From Deltaproteobacteria bacterium (GTDB lineage: Bacteria; SAR324; NAC60-12), in assembly GCA_038150265.1 (NCBI GenBank), contig JAYOTF010000010.1, positions 21,445 through 85,444 of the forward strand: a stretch of DNA of 64,000 bases, read 5' to 3'. This document shows, one piece after another, positions 21,691-31,096 of this stretch. The notes beneath the pieces were generated by a model. It ran no database searches and was not told the DNA's origin. It saw only the letters and a program-made list of their open reading frames with translations. Within the stretch, counting starts at the first letter, position 1, and each line of letters starts with the position of its first letter. Made by a program: the position numbers and the translations under genes.

Positions 21691-23319
21691 ATGACTTTGT
21701 TTTCTGACCTTCAGCTGCTGCCTGCTTTGCAGAAAGCGCTGGACGAGCACAATTATCAGGAACCGACCCCGATTCAGGCGCAGGCCATTCCGACCCTGCT
21801 TTCCGGGACCGACCTGCTGGGCATTGCTCAGACCGGAACCGGCAAGACCGCCGCCTTTTCCCTGCCGCTGCTGCAGAACCTGATGACGAGCAACCAGAAG
21901 CGCCGACCGGGCACTCCGCGGGCGCTGATCCTGGTTCCAACCCGTGAGCTGGCAGTGCAGGTGCACCAGTCCCTGCAAAGCTACGGACGGCACCTGCCGT
22001 TGCGCTGCACCGCGATCTTCGGCGGCGTGCGCATGCACAGCCAAACCCGAGCCCTGCAGCAAGGCGTCGATATCCTCGTTGCCACCCCGGGACGCCTCAG
22101 CGACCACCTCCGGCAGCAGCACCTGACGCTGGCAGGCGTCGAGATCCTGGTGCTGGACGAAGCCGACCGCATGCTCGACATGGGCTTCCTCCCAGAGATC
22201 CGGAACCTCGTTCAGCAGCTTCCGGCGGAGCGTCAGACCATGCTCTTCTCAGCCACCATGCCGGCTCCCATCGCCAAGCTGACCACCGACCTGCTCCACA
22301 ACCCCACCCGTGTGGAAGTCGCTCCGGAGTCCACCCCCGTGGACCGCATCGACCAACGCCTCTACATGGTGGCCAAGGAGCAGAAGCGGCACCTGCTGCA
22401 CTCCCTGCTCACGGAATCGGCGGTCACCCGGAGCCTCGTGTTCACCCGGACCAAGATTGGCGCACAGCGGTTGGCGCAGATGCTTCAGAAGCGTGGCATC
22501 ACTGCAGACGCCATCCACGGCAACCGGACCCAAAGCGCTCGCCAGAAGGCCCTCAAGGACTTCAGCCGCGGACGCCTGCAGGTGCTGGTCGCCACCGATG
22601 TCGCTTCCCGCGGCATTGACGTGGACGCCGTTTCTCACGTCTTCAACTACGAGCTTCCGGATGAGCCGGAGAGCTACGTCCACCGCATTGGCCGGACCGC
22701 TCGTGGAGGAGCCGAAGGGATCGCCGTGTCGCTCTGTGCCCCAGATGAGCGCAAGAAGCTCCGGGCCATTGAGCACACCCTGCAGCAAAAGCTCGCGGTT
22801 CAGGAATGGGACCGGAGTGTGGTGAAGGAGAGTGGCTTCTCGCAGCCTGAAAGCGCCCCGGAATTCCGAGAGTCTCGCCCGGCCCGGCCGGAGCGTGCGG
22901 CACGTCCGCAGCCTGAGCGCCCGCGGCGCAACAACCGCAACCACCCGAATTTCCGGGATTCCTACGGCCCGTCTTCCTATGACCGCCCGCGCGAGTCATC
23001 TGAGCGAGACGGCTTCCGTGGAAAGAAGCGGTTCCAGTCCGACTACGAAATTCCTCGGGAAACCTTCTACGAGGGTCCGGACCGCAAGCCAAAGAAGCGC
23101 AAGCCCCGCTTTGCTGAAGGTGCAGACCGTTCCGGAGCCCCACAGCAGGAAGCTCGCCAGCCCGCCTTCCGGGAAGAGCGATCCGGACGTCCGGATGAGG
23201 CACCGCGTCGCAAGAAGCAACGGGTCTACGTGCCCCGGCATCAAGACGCCTCTGCTCGCCGCAAGCCCCGTCGGGAGCAGGAGTCGGGCAACTCTCCGCA
23301 GGCGCCCAAAGCCGCCTGA
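21691..23319 (+). CDS. DEAD-box RNA helicase, RhlE-like, with charged C-terminal tail
   Basis: PTPIQ, AQTGTGKT, PTRELA, DEAD, SAT, HRIGRTAR. Confidence 0.93.
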   Translation: MTLFSDLQLLPALQKALDEHNYQEPTPIQAQAIPTLLSGTDLLGIAQTGTGKTAAFSLPLLQNLMTSNQKRRPGTPRALILVPTRELAVQVHQSLQSYGRHLPLRCTAIFGGVRMHSQTRALQQGVDILVATPGRLSDHLRQQHLTLAGVEILVLDEADRMLDMGFLPEIRNLVQQLPAERQTMLFSATMPAPIAKLTTDLLHNPTRVEVAPESTPVDRIDQRLYMVAKEQKRHLLHSLLTESAVTRSLVFTRTKIGAQRLAQMLQKRGITADAIHGNRTQSARQKALKDFSRGRLQVLVATDVASRGIDVDAVSHVFNYELPDEPESYVHRIGRTARGGAEGIAVSLCAPDERKKLRAIEHTLQQKLAVQEWDRSVVKESGFSQPESAPEFRESRPARPERAARPQPERPRRNNRNHPNFRDSYGPSSYDRPRESSERDGFRGKKRFQSDYEIPRETFYEGPDRKPKKRKPRFAEGADRSGAPQQEARQPAFREERSGRPDEAPRRKKQRVYVPRHQDASARRKPRREQESGNSPQAPKAA

Positions 23320-23345
23320 CGCCTCCTTCCCTCCGGAGGGTCCGA

Positions 23346-25886
23346 TCAGCTCAGGATTTTCTTGAAGTCGATCACGTTCTTCCGGAGGGCAAAGACCACC
23401 GTTGTCAACGCAATGGCCGACGGATACTGATACCGCTGACTCATGTTGGCCAGGATCCGTTCCACAAAGTCCTGGACCTTCGGGTGAACCCGCTCGTAGG
23501 TCACCGGGTCGTTGAGCCGATAGAAGAAGGCATTCCGGAGGTGTTCCGGATCAATCTCCTCATCCAGCTTCCGGTGCGAGAGCAGCTGCGCATACTCGCG
23601 TGAGAAGCACTTCAGCAACGTGTCCTGACGGGACGCGATGATCGACTTTCCTTCCTCCAGCACCAATTCTTCACTTGCCTGGAAGTCCAGGAACTTCTGT
23701 GCGATTTCCTGCCGGAAGCGGTGGGGGTCGGCATGAGGACTCAGCACCTGCTCAATGGACTCCATGTAGCGCTCATCCGGCTCATCGATCTTCTGCCCGG
23801 AGCGTGGATCAATGAAGGAAAACCGGGGCACCATCACGTGGGCAAAGGCCTTGTTGCTGGTCGCCCGAGCCAGGAGCGCGTGCTGCAGGTAACGGCGCAG
23901 GTCCTGCTCGATCTGCTGCGGATCGCGGTCTACGGTGCAGACGGTGATCTCCTTGCGCAAGATGGTGTGGTACAGCGCCTTCACCACCCGCACCAGCCCA
24001 CGGAAGTCGCCATAATCGCCCTCCCCTTCGCCAAACTTGAACGCCTCCAGCGCGCGCTCCGGAATCGGCCGACGCTTGTGGAGGTACTGCGAATCCATTT
24101 CCAGCCAGTGGTGCAGTTCAGAGCCTTCGCTCATGAGCTTCTTGAGTTGGCTGAGGAAGATGCCCACGTGCACCTTGCGTCCGTCTGAGTTGGCAACGGT
24201 GTTGCGCATCACGTTCTGCAACTGCCGGATCGAAATGCCGTTCCGTCCCTCATTCGGGTAGTGCTCTTCCAGCAAGAAGCGCATGAACTCGTCGTCAAGG
24301 AGCTTCAGCTGCTCCTCATCAAACAGCCCGCAATTTCTCAGCGAAATCGCATCCGGATGCCGGTCGATGCACTCGGCAAAGCTTTCAGGATCGCTCAGGT
24401 CGAGCCCCACCCGCAGTGCTTCATTCCGGAAGGGATGCCAGTGGGGGAGCTTCTGGATGGTGTGAATGGGATCCTCGTTCAATGACGAGAAGATCATCAG
24501 CTTTTGCTCCGGAGAGATGCTGAGGTAGAGGTCGATTTTCTCTGGACTCCACTGTGCCGGAAACTTCCGGCGCATCGGTGGAAGCAGCCGGGTCATCACG
24601 GAAAAGTAGGCGGCAATCCGGAACAGGTTCGGGTCCACCTCGTACTTCTCCCGGATGTTTGCGAGGTCTCGCCGCAAAATGTCCGTCTCGGAGCTTGCAT
24701 CCAGCAGGTAGTTGACGGGAACCTTCTCAATGCGGTCGAGCAGTTTGGAAGAGGTGAGTTGCTGGTCCAGCATCTCCATCTCTTCAATGTTGGTGGTCAG
24801 GATCACGCTCGTGTCCAGCGCCGTCTGGGTCGATTCCAGCGAAATGCGTCCGCTTCCGAGCAGCATCAGCAGCGGCTTGTACTCGGTCTCCCGGATGCTG
24901 TCTCCGCTGGTTCCAAAGGCATCGTGGATGTGCAGGATGCCTCGGTTCGCCCAGATCGTTGCTCCTTCGTAGCTGTAAAACGCCTTTCCCGGCACATGCT
25001 CACTGATGATCGCCACGTCTTCGGCAGACAGCTCAAAGGGACGGGTCCGGACCCTCAACTGGCTCATGTCGTCAATGTTGGAGATGCCCTTGGCCTGTGC
25101 GCCAGAAAACTCGATCTCCTCAATCCACACGTACTCTTCCAGCAAGTCGTAAAGGGACTTCTCGCGGTTCCGGGGATTGTTGAGCAGGCCTTCCAGGATG
25201 TCCAGCGTCCGCTTGTCCAGCGTCGCGCTCTGGAAGAAGGTCGGAATGGCCACCCGTTCCTGTTCGGAGCGCTGCTGGTTCAGGTGGTCAAAAAGCTCCT
25301 GACGCGGGCGGCTGAGGGTTCCGTCTTCGCGACGGAGCATGGCAGGAAAGAGCAGGATGGGGCTGTGCCGGAACTCGGAGCGGACCTCCACGGCTCGTCC
25401 GGATTGGCCCTCAAAGCGGAAGAAGAAGGAATAGAGGCGCAGGTCTGCCTGCTTGGTGAACTCCTCCACCGACCGGATCAGCAGGTCCACAATGTTCGTT
25501 TTCCCGGAAGCGGGAGGGCCAAACAGGATCACCCCTCGGTTCGGCCCCACTTCCTTGTCGGCCGACTCAATGATGTCCAGCATCTGCTTGACGCCAAACT
25601 CCTGCCCAAAGACGGCGTTGATGCCCTTGCTGAAGGGGTCCTGAAAGACGTTGTAGGAAAGCACCGGCTCCCCACTCCGAATGAGGATCCGGAAGCCAAA
25701 GTGCTTGACGGCTGCAGTGATGAGGGAGGAGGAAGTCTGAAGAAAGTTTTGCGGGTGCTCCAGAAACTCCTGAATGAACTCGGAGAAGTTCAGAGTCCGT
25801 TTCCGGTTGAAGCGAAGCAGATCCCGGTAGTTAAAGCCCGTTAGGGACAACTCCGGAACAGAGTGGGCTCGTGCTTGCGGTTCCAT
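23346..25886 (-). CDS. PrkA/YeaG-like AAA+ protein, 846 aa
   Basis: Walker A GPPASGKT, ANRG, LLDRIEKVPVNYLL, EGRNGISIR, EPDERYMESIE, all PrkA-like. Confidence 0.75.
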   Translation of the reverse strand: MEPQARAHSVPELSLTGFNYRDLLRFNRKRTLNFSEFIQEFLEHPQNFLQTSSSLITAAVKHFGFRILIRSGEPVLSYNVFQDPFSKGINAVFGQEFGVKQMLDIIESADKEVGPNRGVILFGPPASGKTNIVDLLIRSVEEFTKQADLRLYSFFFRFEGQSGRAVEVRSEFRHSPILLFPAMLRREDGTLSRPRQELFDHLNQQRSEQERVAIPTFFQSATLDKRTLDILEGLLNNPRNREKSLYDLLEEYVWIEEIEFSGAQAKGISNIDDMSQLRVRTRPFELSAEDVAIISEHVPGKAFYSYEGATIWANRGILHIHDAFGTSGDSIRETEYKPLLMLLGSGRISLESTQTALDTSVILTTNIEEMEMLDQQLTSSKLLDRIEKVPVNYLLDASSETDILRRDLANIREKYEVDPNLFRIAAYFSVMTRLLPPMRRKFPAQWSPEKIDLYLSISPEQKLMIFSSLNEDPIHTIQKLPHWHPFRNEALRVGLDLSDPESFAECIDRHPDAISLRNCGLFDEEQLKLLDDEFMRFLLEEHYPNEGRNGISIRQLQNVMRNTVANSDGRKVHVGIFLSQLKKLMSEGSELHHWLEMDSQYLHKRRPIPERALEAFKFGEGEGDYGDFRGLVRVVKALYHTILRKEITVCTVDRDPQQIEQDLRRYLQHALLARATSNKAFAHVMVPRFSFIDPRSGQKIDEPDERYMESIEQVLSPHADPHRFRQEIAQKFLDFQASEELVLEEGKSIIASRQDTLLKCFSREYAQLLSHRKLDEEIDPEHLRNAFFYRLNDPVTYERVHPKVQDFVERILANMSQRYQYPSAIALTTVVFALRKNVIDFKKILS

Positions 25887-26037
25887 CGTAGCTCCTGGGA
25901 GAACGGTTAGGCCTGGACCAGCAAGAGGCGCTCAGGACAGGGTCAAGAACCGGAAGGTCCTGGGCTGGTCCAACTTCCACACAGGTTGGGCGCTTGACGT
26001 CAAACAAGCAAGCATGGGGCCGTAATGGAAAAGGAAA

Positions 26038-27273
26038 TCAGGGGGTTTGTCCGGAGCCCTCTGCCGGAGTGAGGCGCAAGCGGATCCGCCACGCCAGCAC
26101 CGGAACCAGGGCCAGGCAGGCAAAGGCGATCACCCCCACCAGCGGCATGCCCTCCAGTCGCCCGTTTTCCATGTGCAAAATGGCAGCACTCCAGAAGCCC
26201 CCGAGGCCCATTGTCAGGTTCGAGACGATCATGCTCATCGCCATCAGCCGACCCCGGATTTCGATGCCTGTCAGGTCAGACAGCACCGCCTGCAGTCCCG
26301 GCATGCGAATGGAGCCCCCCAGCATGATTCCAAAAAACATGGCCCCGGACCAGGCCGCAGGAATGACTTCCTGAGTGGCCACCACCAGCACCGCTCCCAT
26401 CAGCAGCGATCCGCCTCCGATCAGACTCAGGCGCAGCCCCTTCTTCAGCAGCCACCCGGCCGACTGGTTGCCCACCAGGCTCCCAATGCCCCCCTGCATG
26501 TAAGCGATGCCGATGGCGCTGGCCGACATGCCAAAATTGGCCGTCAGCCAGGCACTGAGGCTGGGAATGAAGCCAAACAGACCAATGAGCATGAAGAACT
26601 GCATCGTGAAGACCAGCCGGACTTCCGAGCGCTTCAGGAGCCCCAGCATTTCGCCATACTGCGCCAGAATCTTGCCCAGGGCGCCGGTTGGAATGTTCGG
26701 AAGCGTCAGCAGGAATCCCGTTGCGGCGGCCGCCAGCAGCGTAATGACCCCAAAGGCCCAACGCCAGGACGTCGCCTCGGCCAGCCACGACCCCAGCGGC
26801 ACCCCCACGATCGACGCGATGGTGAAGCCGAGCATGATGTGCGTGATCGCCCGGGAGCGTCCGTTGCCCCGAAACGCGTCTCCGGCATACGCCAGGCAGT
26901 TGGGCATGATCGGCCCCGCAAACGCGCCTGACAGCACCCGGAACCAGAGAATCGTGGGGACATCCTGAGCCAGGGCACACCCGAGCGTGGCCAGAGTGAA
27001 CCCGGCCCCCAGGATCAGCAGCATCCGCTTGCGTCCCAGGCGATCGGAGTAGGGCGCAAAGATAAACGCCGAAATCGCCGCTGCCGCCGGATACACCGAC
27101 ACCAACAGGCCGCTGCGTTCCAGAGCGAGTCCGGTATCTTGAGAGATGTCGGCACTGAGCGGAACCATCACCAGGTGGTCGATCCACGCAGCAAACGTGA
27201 GGGCAAAGAGAGGCAGCAGAACCTGCAGGTAGCCCGGCTCACTCAGGGCTTTGGGGGGAGTGGGTGCATTCAC
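26038..27273 (-). CDS. MFS transporter
   Basis: About 12 hydrophobic segments; motif A SDRLGRKR. Confidence 0.9.
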   Translation of the reverse strand: MNAPTPPKALSEPGYLQVLLPLFALTFAAWIDHLVMVPLSADISQDTGLALERSGLLVSVYPAAAAISAFIFAPYSDRLGRKRMLLILGAGFTLATLGCALAQDVPTILWFRVLSGAFAGPIMPNCLAYAGDAFRGNGRSRAITHIMLGFTIASIVGVPLGSWLAEATSWRWAFGVITLLAAAATGFLLTLPNIPTGALGKILAQYGEMLGLLKRSEVRLVFTMQFFMLIGLFGFIPSLSAWLTANFGMSASAIGIAYMQGGIGSLVGNQSAGWLLKKGLRLSLIGGGSLLMGAVLVVATQEVIPAAWSGAMFFGIMLGGSIRMPGLQAVLSDLTGIEIRGRLMAMSMIVSNLTMGLGGFWSAAILHMENGRLEGMPLVGVIAFACLALVPVLAWRIRLRLTPAEGSGQTP

Positions 27274-27310
27274 CTGAAACTTTTTTGGGCAATTCCTCCC
27301 CTAAGGAGGG

Positions 27311-27931
27311 TTAGGCGTGAACAACCGGAACCGGAGTCAGCGGACGTCGACGCAGCCACCCGGTCACACTGAAGCGGTGGCGGGTCGCAGGGAGCACTTC
27401 ATGCTCAATCACGTCACTCCGGAAGACCATCAGGGTGCCCATCCGGGGCAACACCTCATCTTCACCGCCGTCGGTGTACAAGCGCAGCTGGCCCCCCTCG
27501 GGCTCCGACCAGTCCCGGTTCAGGTACAGGACACAGGAAATGGTCCGCTCAATGGAATCCTGAAAGCGATCGACGTGGCGCTGGTAGCGGGTTCCGGGAG
27601 GATAAATCGCGTAGTGGGACTCGAAGTGCTCCAGTCCCAGGAACAGCTCCCGGTTCAGGGACACCCGGAGGGCATTGATCTGCTGCCAGTAACGCTCCTG
27701 AGCCGGGCTGAGGGTGTCCGGACTCCACCAGTGAATGAAGTCGCCTCGCGTCTGCTTGCGCCGGATTTCCTGTCCTGCGTGACCAATCCGGGCAGGCCGC
27801 AGCTTGCCCGCCTCCCAAAACGCCTGAGCTTCTTGATGCAGCGCCTCCAGGGTGGGCGCCTCCAGAAAGTTCGAAAGCAGGCCCCAGCCACGTTCGGCAA
27901 GGGCATCTGCCAGTTCATACCACGATTCCAT
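27311..27931 (-). CDS. 2OG-Fe(II) oxygenase, prolyl hydroxylase (SM-20/PPHD)-like
   Basis: RGDFIHW, YQRHVD, CVLYLN..W, GGQLRLY, HEVLPA..RFSVTGW. Confidence 0.85.
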   Translation of the reverse strand: MESWYELADALAERGWGLLSNFLEAPTLEALHQEAQAFWEAGKLRPARIGHAGQEIRRKQTRGDFIHWWSPDTLSPAQERYWQQINALRVSLNRELFLGLEHFESHYAIYPPGTRYQRHVDRFQDSIERTISCVLYLNRDWSEPEGGQLRLYTDGGEDEVLPRMGTLMVFRSDVIEHEVLPATRHRFSVTGWLRRRPLTPVPVVHA

Positions 27932-28037
27932 AACCCGACCGGGAAAAAGAAAACACGCCAAAAGTGCCGTGAATTCCCCGTGAAGGTGGTGGGTTCCGTG
28001 GGAAGTCCGTGCAGATTGTCCTGAAAGAAACGCCGGC

Positions 28038-29300
28038 TCAGCGCGGGGCTGGGATGTCCGGAAGCCCGAGGCAAGGAGGCAGCTTGATGGACCCGTCGGC
28101 CTGCTGCCCATTCTCCATCAATGCGATCAGGGTCCGGGACACGGCCACAGCCGTGCCGTTGAGCATGTGCACAAACTGGTTCTTGCCGGTCGCCGCATCC
28201 TTGAAGCGGATGTTCAGGCGTCGAGACTGGTAGTCCGTGCAGTTCGAGGTTGAGGTGATCTCGCCCCACTTGCCCCGGCCCGGCATCCACGCCTCCAGGT
28301 CGTACTTGCGGTAGGCGGGTCCGCCCAGGTCACCGGTACAGATGTCCAGCACCCGATACGGGATGCCCAGGTCCTGATAGATGCGCTCCTCGATTTCCCG
28401 CATCTTTTCGTGCATGGCCTCCGACTGCTCCGGATGCGTGAAGGCAAACATCTCAATCTTGGAGAACTGATGCACGCGGTACAGGCCCCGCGATTCACGC
28501 CCTGCCGCGCCGGCTTCGGTCCGGAAGCAGTGCGAGAAGCCCGCATAGAGCAGGGGCAGCTTCTCTTCTGGCAAAATCTGATCGGCCAGCAGCCCCCCGA
28601 GGGTGATCTCTGCTGTTGCAATCAGCGAAAGGTCCGAATTCTCCACCGAGTAGATCTGCGTGGAGTCGCCGCGTGGATTGAAGCCAATCCCTTGCAGAAT
28701 CGACTGCCGAGCCAGATCCGGCGTCATGAAGATCGTGAAGCCTTCCTCCCGCAGCAGGTTGAGGGCATACTGGGCCAGCGCCAGCTCCAGGAAAACCGCC
28801 TGGTTCTTGAGGTAGTAAAACTTCTGGCCGGCCACCTTGGCCCCGCCTTCAAAGTCCACCAGGTCCAACGCCTCCATGAGGTCCAGGTGGTCCTTGGGTT
28901 CAAAGGCGTATTCCGGAATCGACCCGACGATGCGCAGCTCGCGGTTGTCGTCTTCCGTCTTGCCCACCGGCACCTCCGGATGCGTCAGATTCGGCACCTG
29001 CATGAGCAGCTCCTGCCGCTCGGCCTCGGCAGCCTTGTAGGCCTCTTCGCGCTCCTGCTCCTGCGTCCGGAGGCTCTTGGCCTCATCAATGAGGGGCTGC
29101 CGCGCTTCCTGCGGCATGGGGCCCTTCATCTGGGCGCTGATCTCATTGCGGCGCTGCCGAATGCCCTCCACTTCCACCTGAAGCTGCCGGACCTGCTCAT
29201 CCAGAGCCAGCAGGTGGTTGAGGTCGAGGGAGACGTTGCGGGCGTCACAGTTTTGCTGAATCCGCTCCGGTTCATTTCGGATGAGTTTGAGGTCAAGCAT
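28038..29300 (-). CDS. serS: Serine-tRNA ligase
   Basis: MLDLKLIR, TAE, CFRTEAG, RVHQFSKIE, EITSTSNCTDYQSRRL, LNGT. Confidence 0.97.
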   Translation of the reverse strand: MLDLKLIRNEPERIQQNCDARNVSLDLNHLLALDEQVRQLQVEVEGIRQRRNEISAQMKGPMPQEARQPLIDEAKSLRTQEQEREEAYKAAEAERQELLMQVPNLTHPEVPVGKTEDDNRELRIVGSIPEYAFEPKDHLDLMEALDLVDFEGGAKVAGQKFYYLKNQAVFLELALAQYALNLLREEGFTIFMTPDLARQSILQGIGFNPRGDSTQIYSVENSDLSLIATAEITLGGLLADQILPEEKLPLLYAGFSHCFRTEAGAAGRESRGLYRVHQFSKIEMFAFTHPEQSEAMHEKMREIEERIYQDLGIPYRVLDICTGDLGGPAYRKYDLEAWMPGRGKWGEITSTSNCTDYQSRRLNIRFKDAATGKNQFVHMLNGTAVAVSRTLIALMENGQQADGSIKLPPCLGLPDIPAPR

Positions 29301-29308
29301 GATGGGTC

Positions 29309-30760
29309 TTAAGCCGGCCGATGGTGGAAGTAAGTCAGGTGTTGCTGCAGCGCCGCAGTGGTGCCCAGCATTTTTGCGTCACTGAGCCGAGGGCCAATGA
29401 GCTGCACGCCCACCGGCAATCCCGAGTCCGTTGGTTTGCCCGGAAGAGAAATGGCCGGCGCCTTCGTCAGGTTGGCGAGGACGCTGCAGAGGTCCACCAG
29501 GTACATCGCCAGCGGGTCTTCCATCTTTTCGCCAAACCGGAAGGCTGGCGTCGGCGAGACGGGTCCGAGGATGAAGTCAAACTCCTCGAAAAGCTGCTGG
29601 GTCTGGGCGGCAATGTAATTCCGGACCTGCGTCGCGCGGCCATAGTACTGATCGTAGTATCCGGAGCTGAGCACAAAGGTCCCCAGCATGATCCGGCGTT
29701 TGACCTCAGCGCCAAAGCCTTCCTCGCGGGTGCTCGTGTACACCGAACGGAGGGAGTCGCCCTGCTGCTTGCGGACTCCGTAACGGATGCCGTCAAAGCG
29801 CCCCAGGTTGGAGCTGGCTTCAGCAAACGCGATGGTGTAGTACACCGGAATGATGGTGTCCAGAAACTCCAGGTAGCGGTGCTCCACCGTGGCGCCCTGT
29901 GCCTTGAGGGTGGCTTCCACCTCCTCAACGGCCGCAATGACTTCCGGAGCAATCGCGTCCTGATTGAGGTACTGCGTGGGCAGGCAGAAGCGGAGGCCGC
30001 TCAGGTCCACCGATTCAGCGGGAGCCGCGGGTTCCGGAACCGAGGTGCTGTCCCTGGGGTCGTGTCCGCCAACGACTTCATAAACCAGCTGGCAGTCTTC
30101 TGCACTCGGAGCCAACACGCCAATCTGATCAAGGGAAGAACCGTAGGCCACCAGGCCGTAACGGGAAATGGTGCCGTAGGTGGGCTTGAAGCCGGTGACG
30201 CCACAGAACGAGGCCGGTTGCCGGACCGAGCCTCCGGTATCGGATCCCAGGGCGGCCCATGCCATGCCTGCCGCCACCGAGGCAGCCGCCCCTCCGCTGC
30301 TTCCTCCCGGAACCCGCTCAGCGTCCCACGGATTGCGGCTCAGGCCATAAGCCGAGCTTTCGGTGGAACCGCCCATGGCAAACTCGTCCATGTTGGTGAG
30401 TCCAATGATGAGGGCATCTTCAGCCTTCAGGCGAGCCACAGCCGTTGAATGGTAGGGAGAGTGGTACCCTTCCAGCAGCTTGGAGCCACAGGTGATGTCG
30501 AGGTCCGGATCCTCAATGCAGATGCAGTCCTTGACCGAAACCGGCACTCCGGCCAGCTTGCCAACCGGCTCCCCGCGGGCGATCCGGGCGTCGAGGGCCC
30601 GAGCCTGTTCCAGCAAGCGTTCCCGGGGGATCAAGGCGCGGTAGGCATTCAGCTCCGGGTTTTTCTGCTCAATGCGGTCATAAACTTCGTTCAGAACCGC
30701 TTCGGCCTTCCACTCGCCAGACCGAATCTTCCGGATTTTTTCTGCTAGTGATTCGCTCAT
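29309..30760 (-). CDS. gatA: Asp/Glu-tRNA amidotransferase subunit A
   Basis: VKD, NMDEFAMG, PGGSSGG, GSDTGGSVRQPA, EASSNLGRFDGIRYG, EVKRRIMLGTFVLSSGYYD. Confidence 0.93.
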   Translation of the reverse strand: MSESLAEKIRKIRSGEWKAEAVLNEVYDRIEQKNPELNAYRALIPRERLLEQARALDARIARGEPVGKLAGVPVSVKDCICIEDPDLDITCGSKLLEGYHSPYHSTAVARLKAEDALIIGLTNMDEFAMGGSTESSAYGLSRNPWDAERVPGGSSGGAAASVAAGMAWAALGSDTGGSVRQPASFCGVTGFKPTYGTISRYGLVAYGSSLDQIGVLAPSAEDCQLVYEVVGGHDPRDSTSVPEPAAPAESVDLSGLRFCLPTQYLNQDAIAPEVIAAVEEVEATLKAQGATVEHRYLEFLDTIIPVYYTIAFAEASSNLGRFDGIRYGVRKQQGDSLRSVYTSTREEGFGAEVKRRIMLGTFVLSSGYYDQYYGRATQVRNYIAAQTQQLFEEFDFILGPVSPTPAFRFGEKMEDPLAMYLVDLCSVLANLTKAPAISLPGKPTDSGLPVGVQLIGPRLSDAKMLGTTAALQQHLTYFHHRPA

Positions 30761-31032
30761 GCGGAGCCGACTCCCTGCTCGCGTTCCAATTCGGCCACCA
30801 GGTCAATGTACTGCTGCTGGGCGTCCTCTGAGGTCACCCCCGCCAGCGCACTCCAGGCGTCAAACTTGGCCCGTCCTTCAAAGTCGGCAAACCCCGGGCG
30901 AGTTCCCTGGTTGTCGCCTTCCAGCCCCTGCTTGTAAAGGCCGTACAGTTTCAGCAGCTGCTCGTTTCCCGGGCGTTTGGGGAGGTTCTTGACGCGTTCC
31001 GAAGCGTCCTTAAAGTCGTCAACAAGGGCCAT
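30757..31032 (-). CDS. Acyl-CoA-binding protein (ACBP)
   Basis: LLKLYGLYKQ, RPG..DFEGRAKFDAW, AQQQYI. Confidence 0.9.
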   Translation of the reverse strand: MALVDDFKDASERVKNLPKRPGNEQLLKLYGLYKQGLEGDNQGTRPGFADFEGRAKFDAWSALAGVTSEDAQQQYIDLVAELEREQGVGSA

Positions 31033-31096
31033 GGGGCTCTCCCGTTCAGGTTTTCAGTCAAACCGATAATTTACTAAACCCCCTTGAAGGTTCAAT

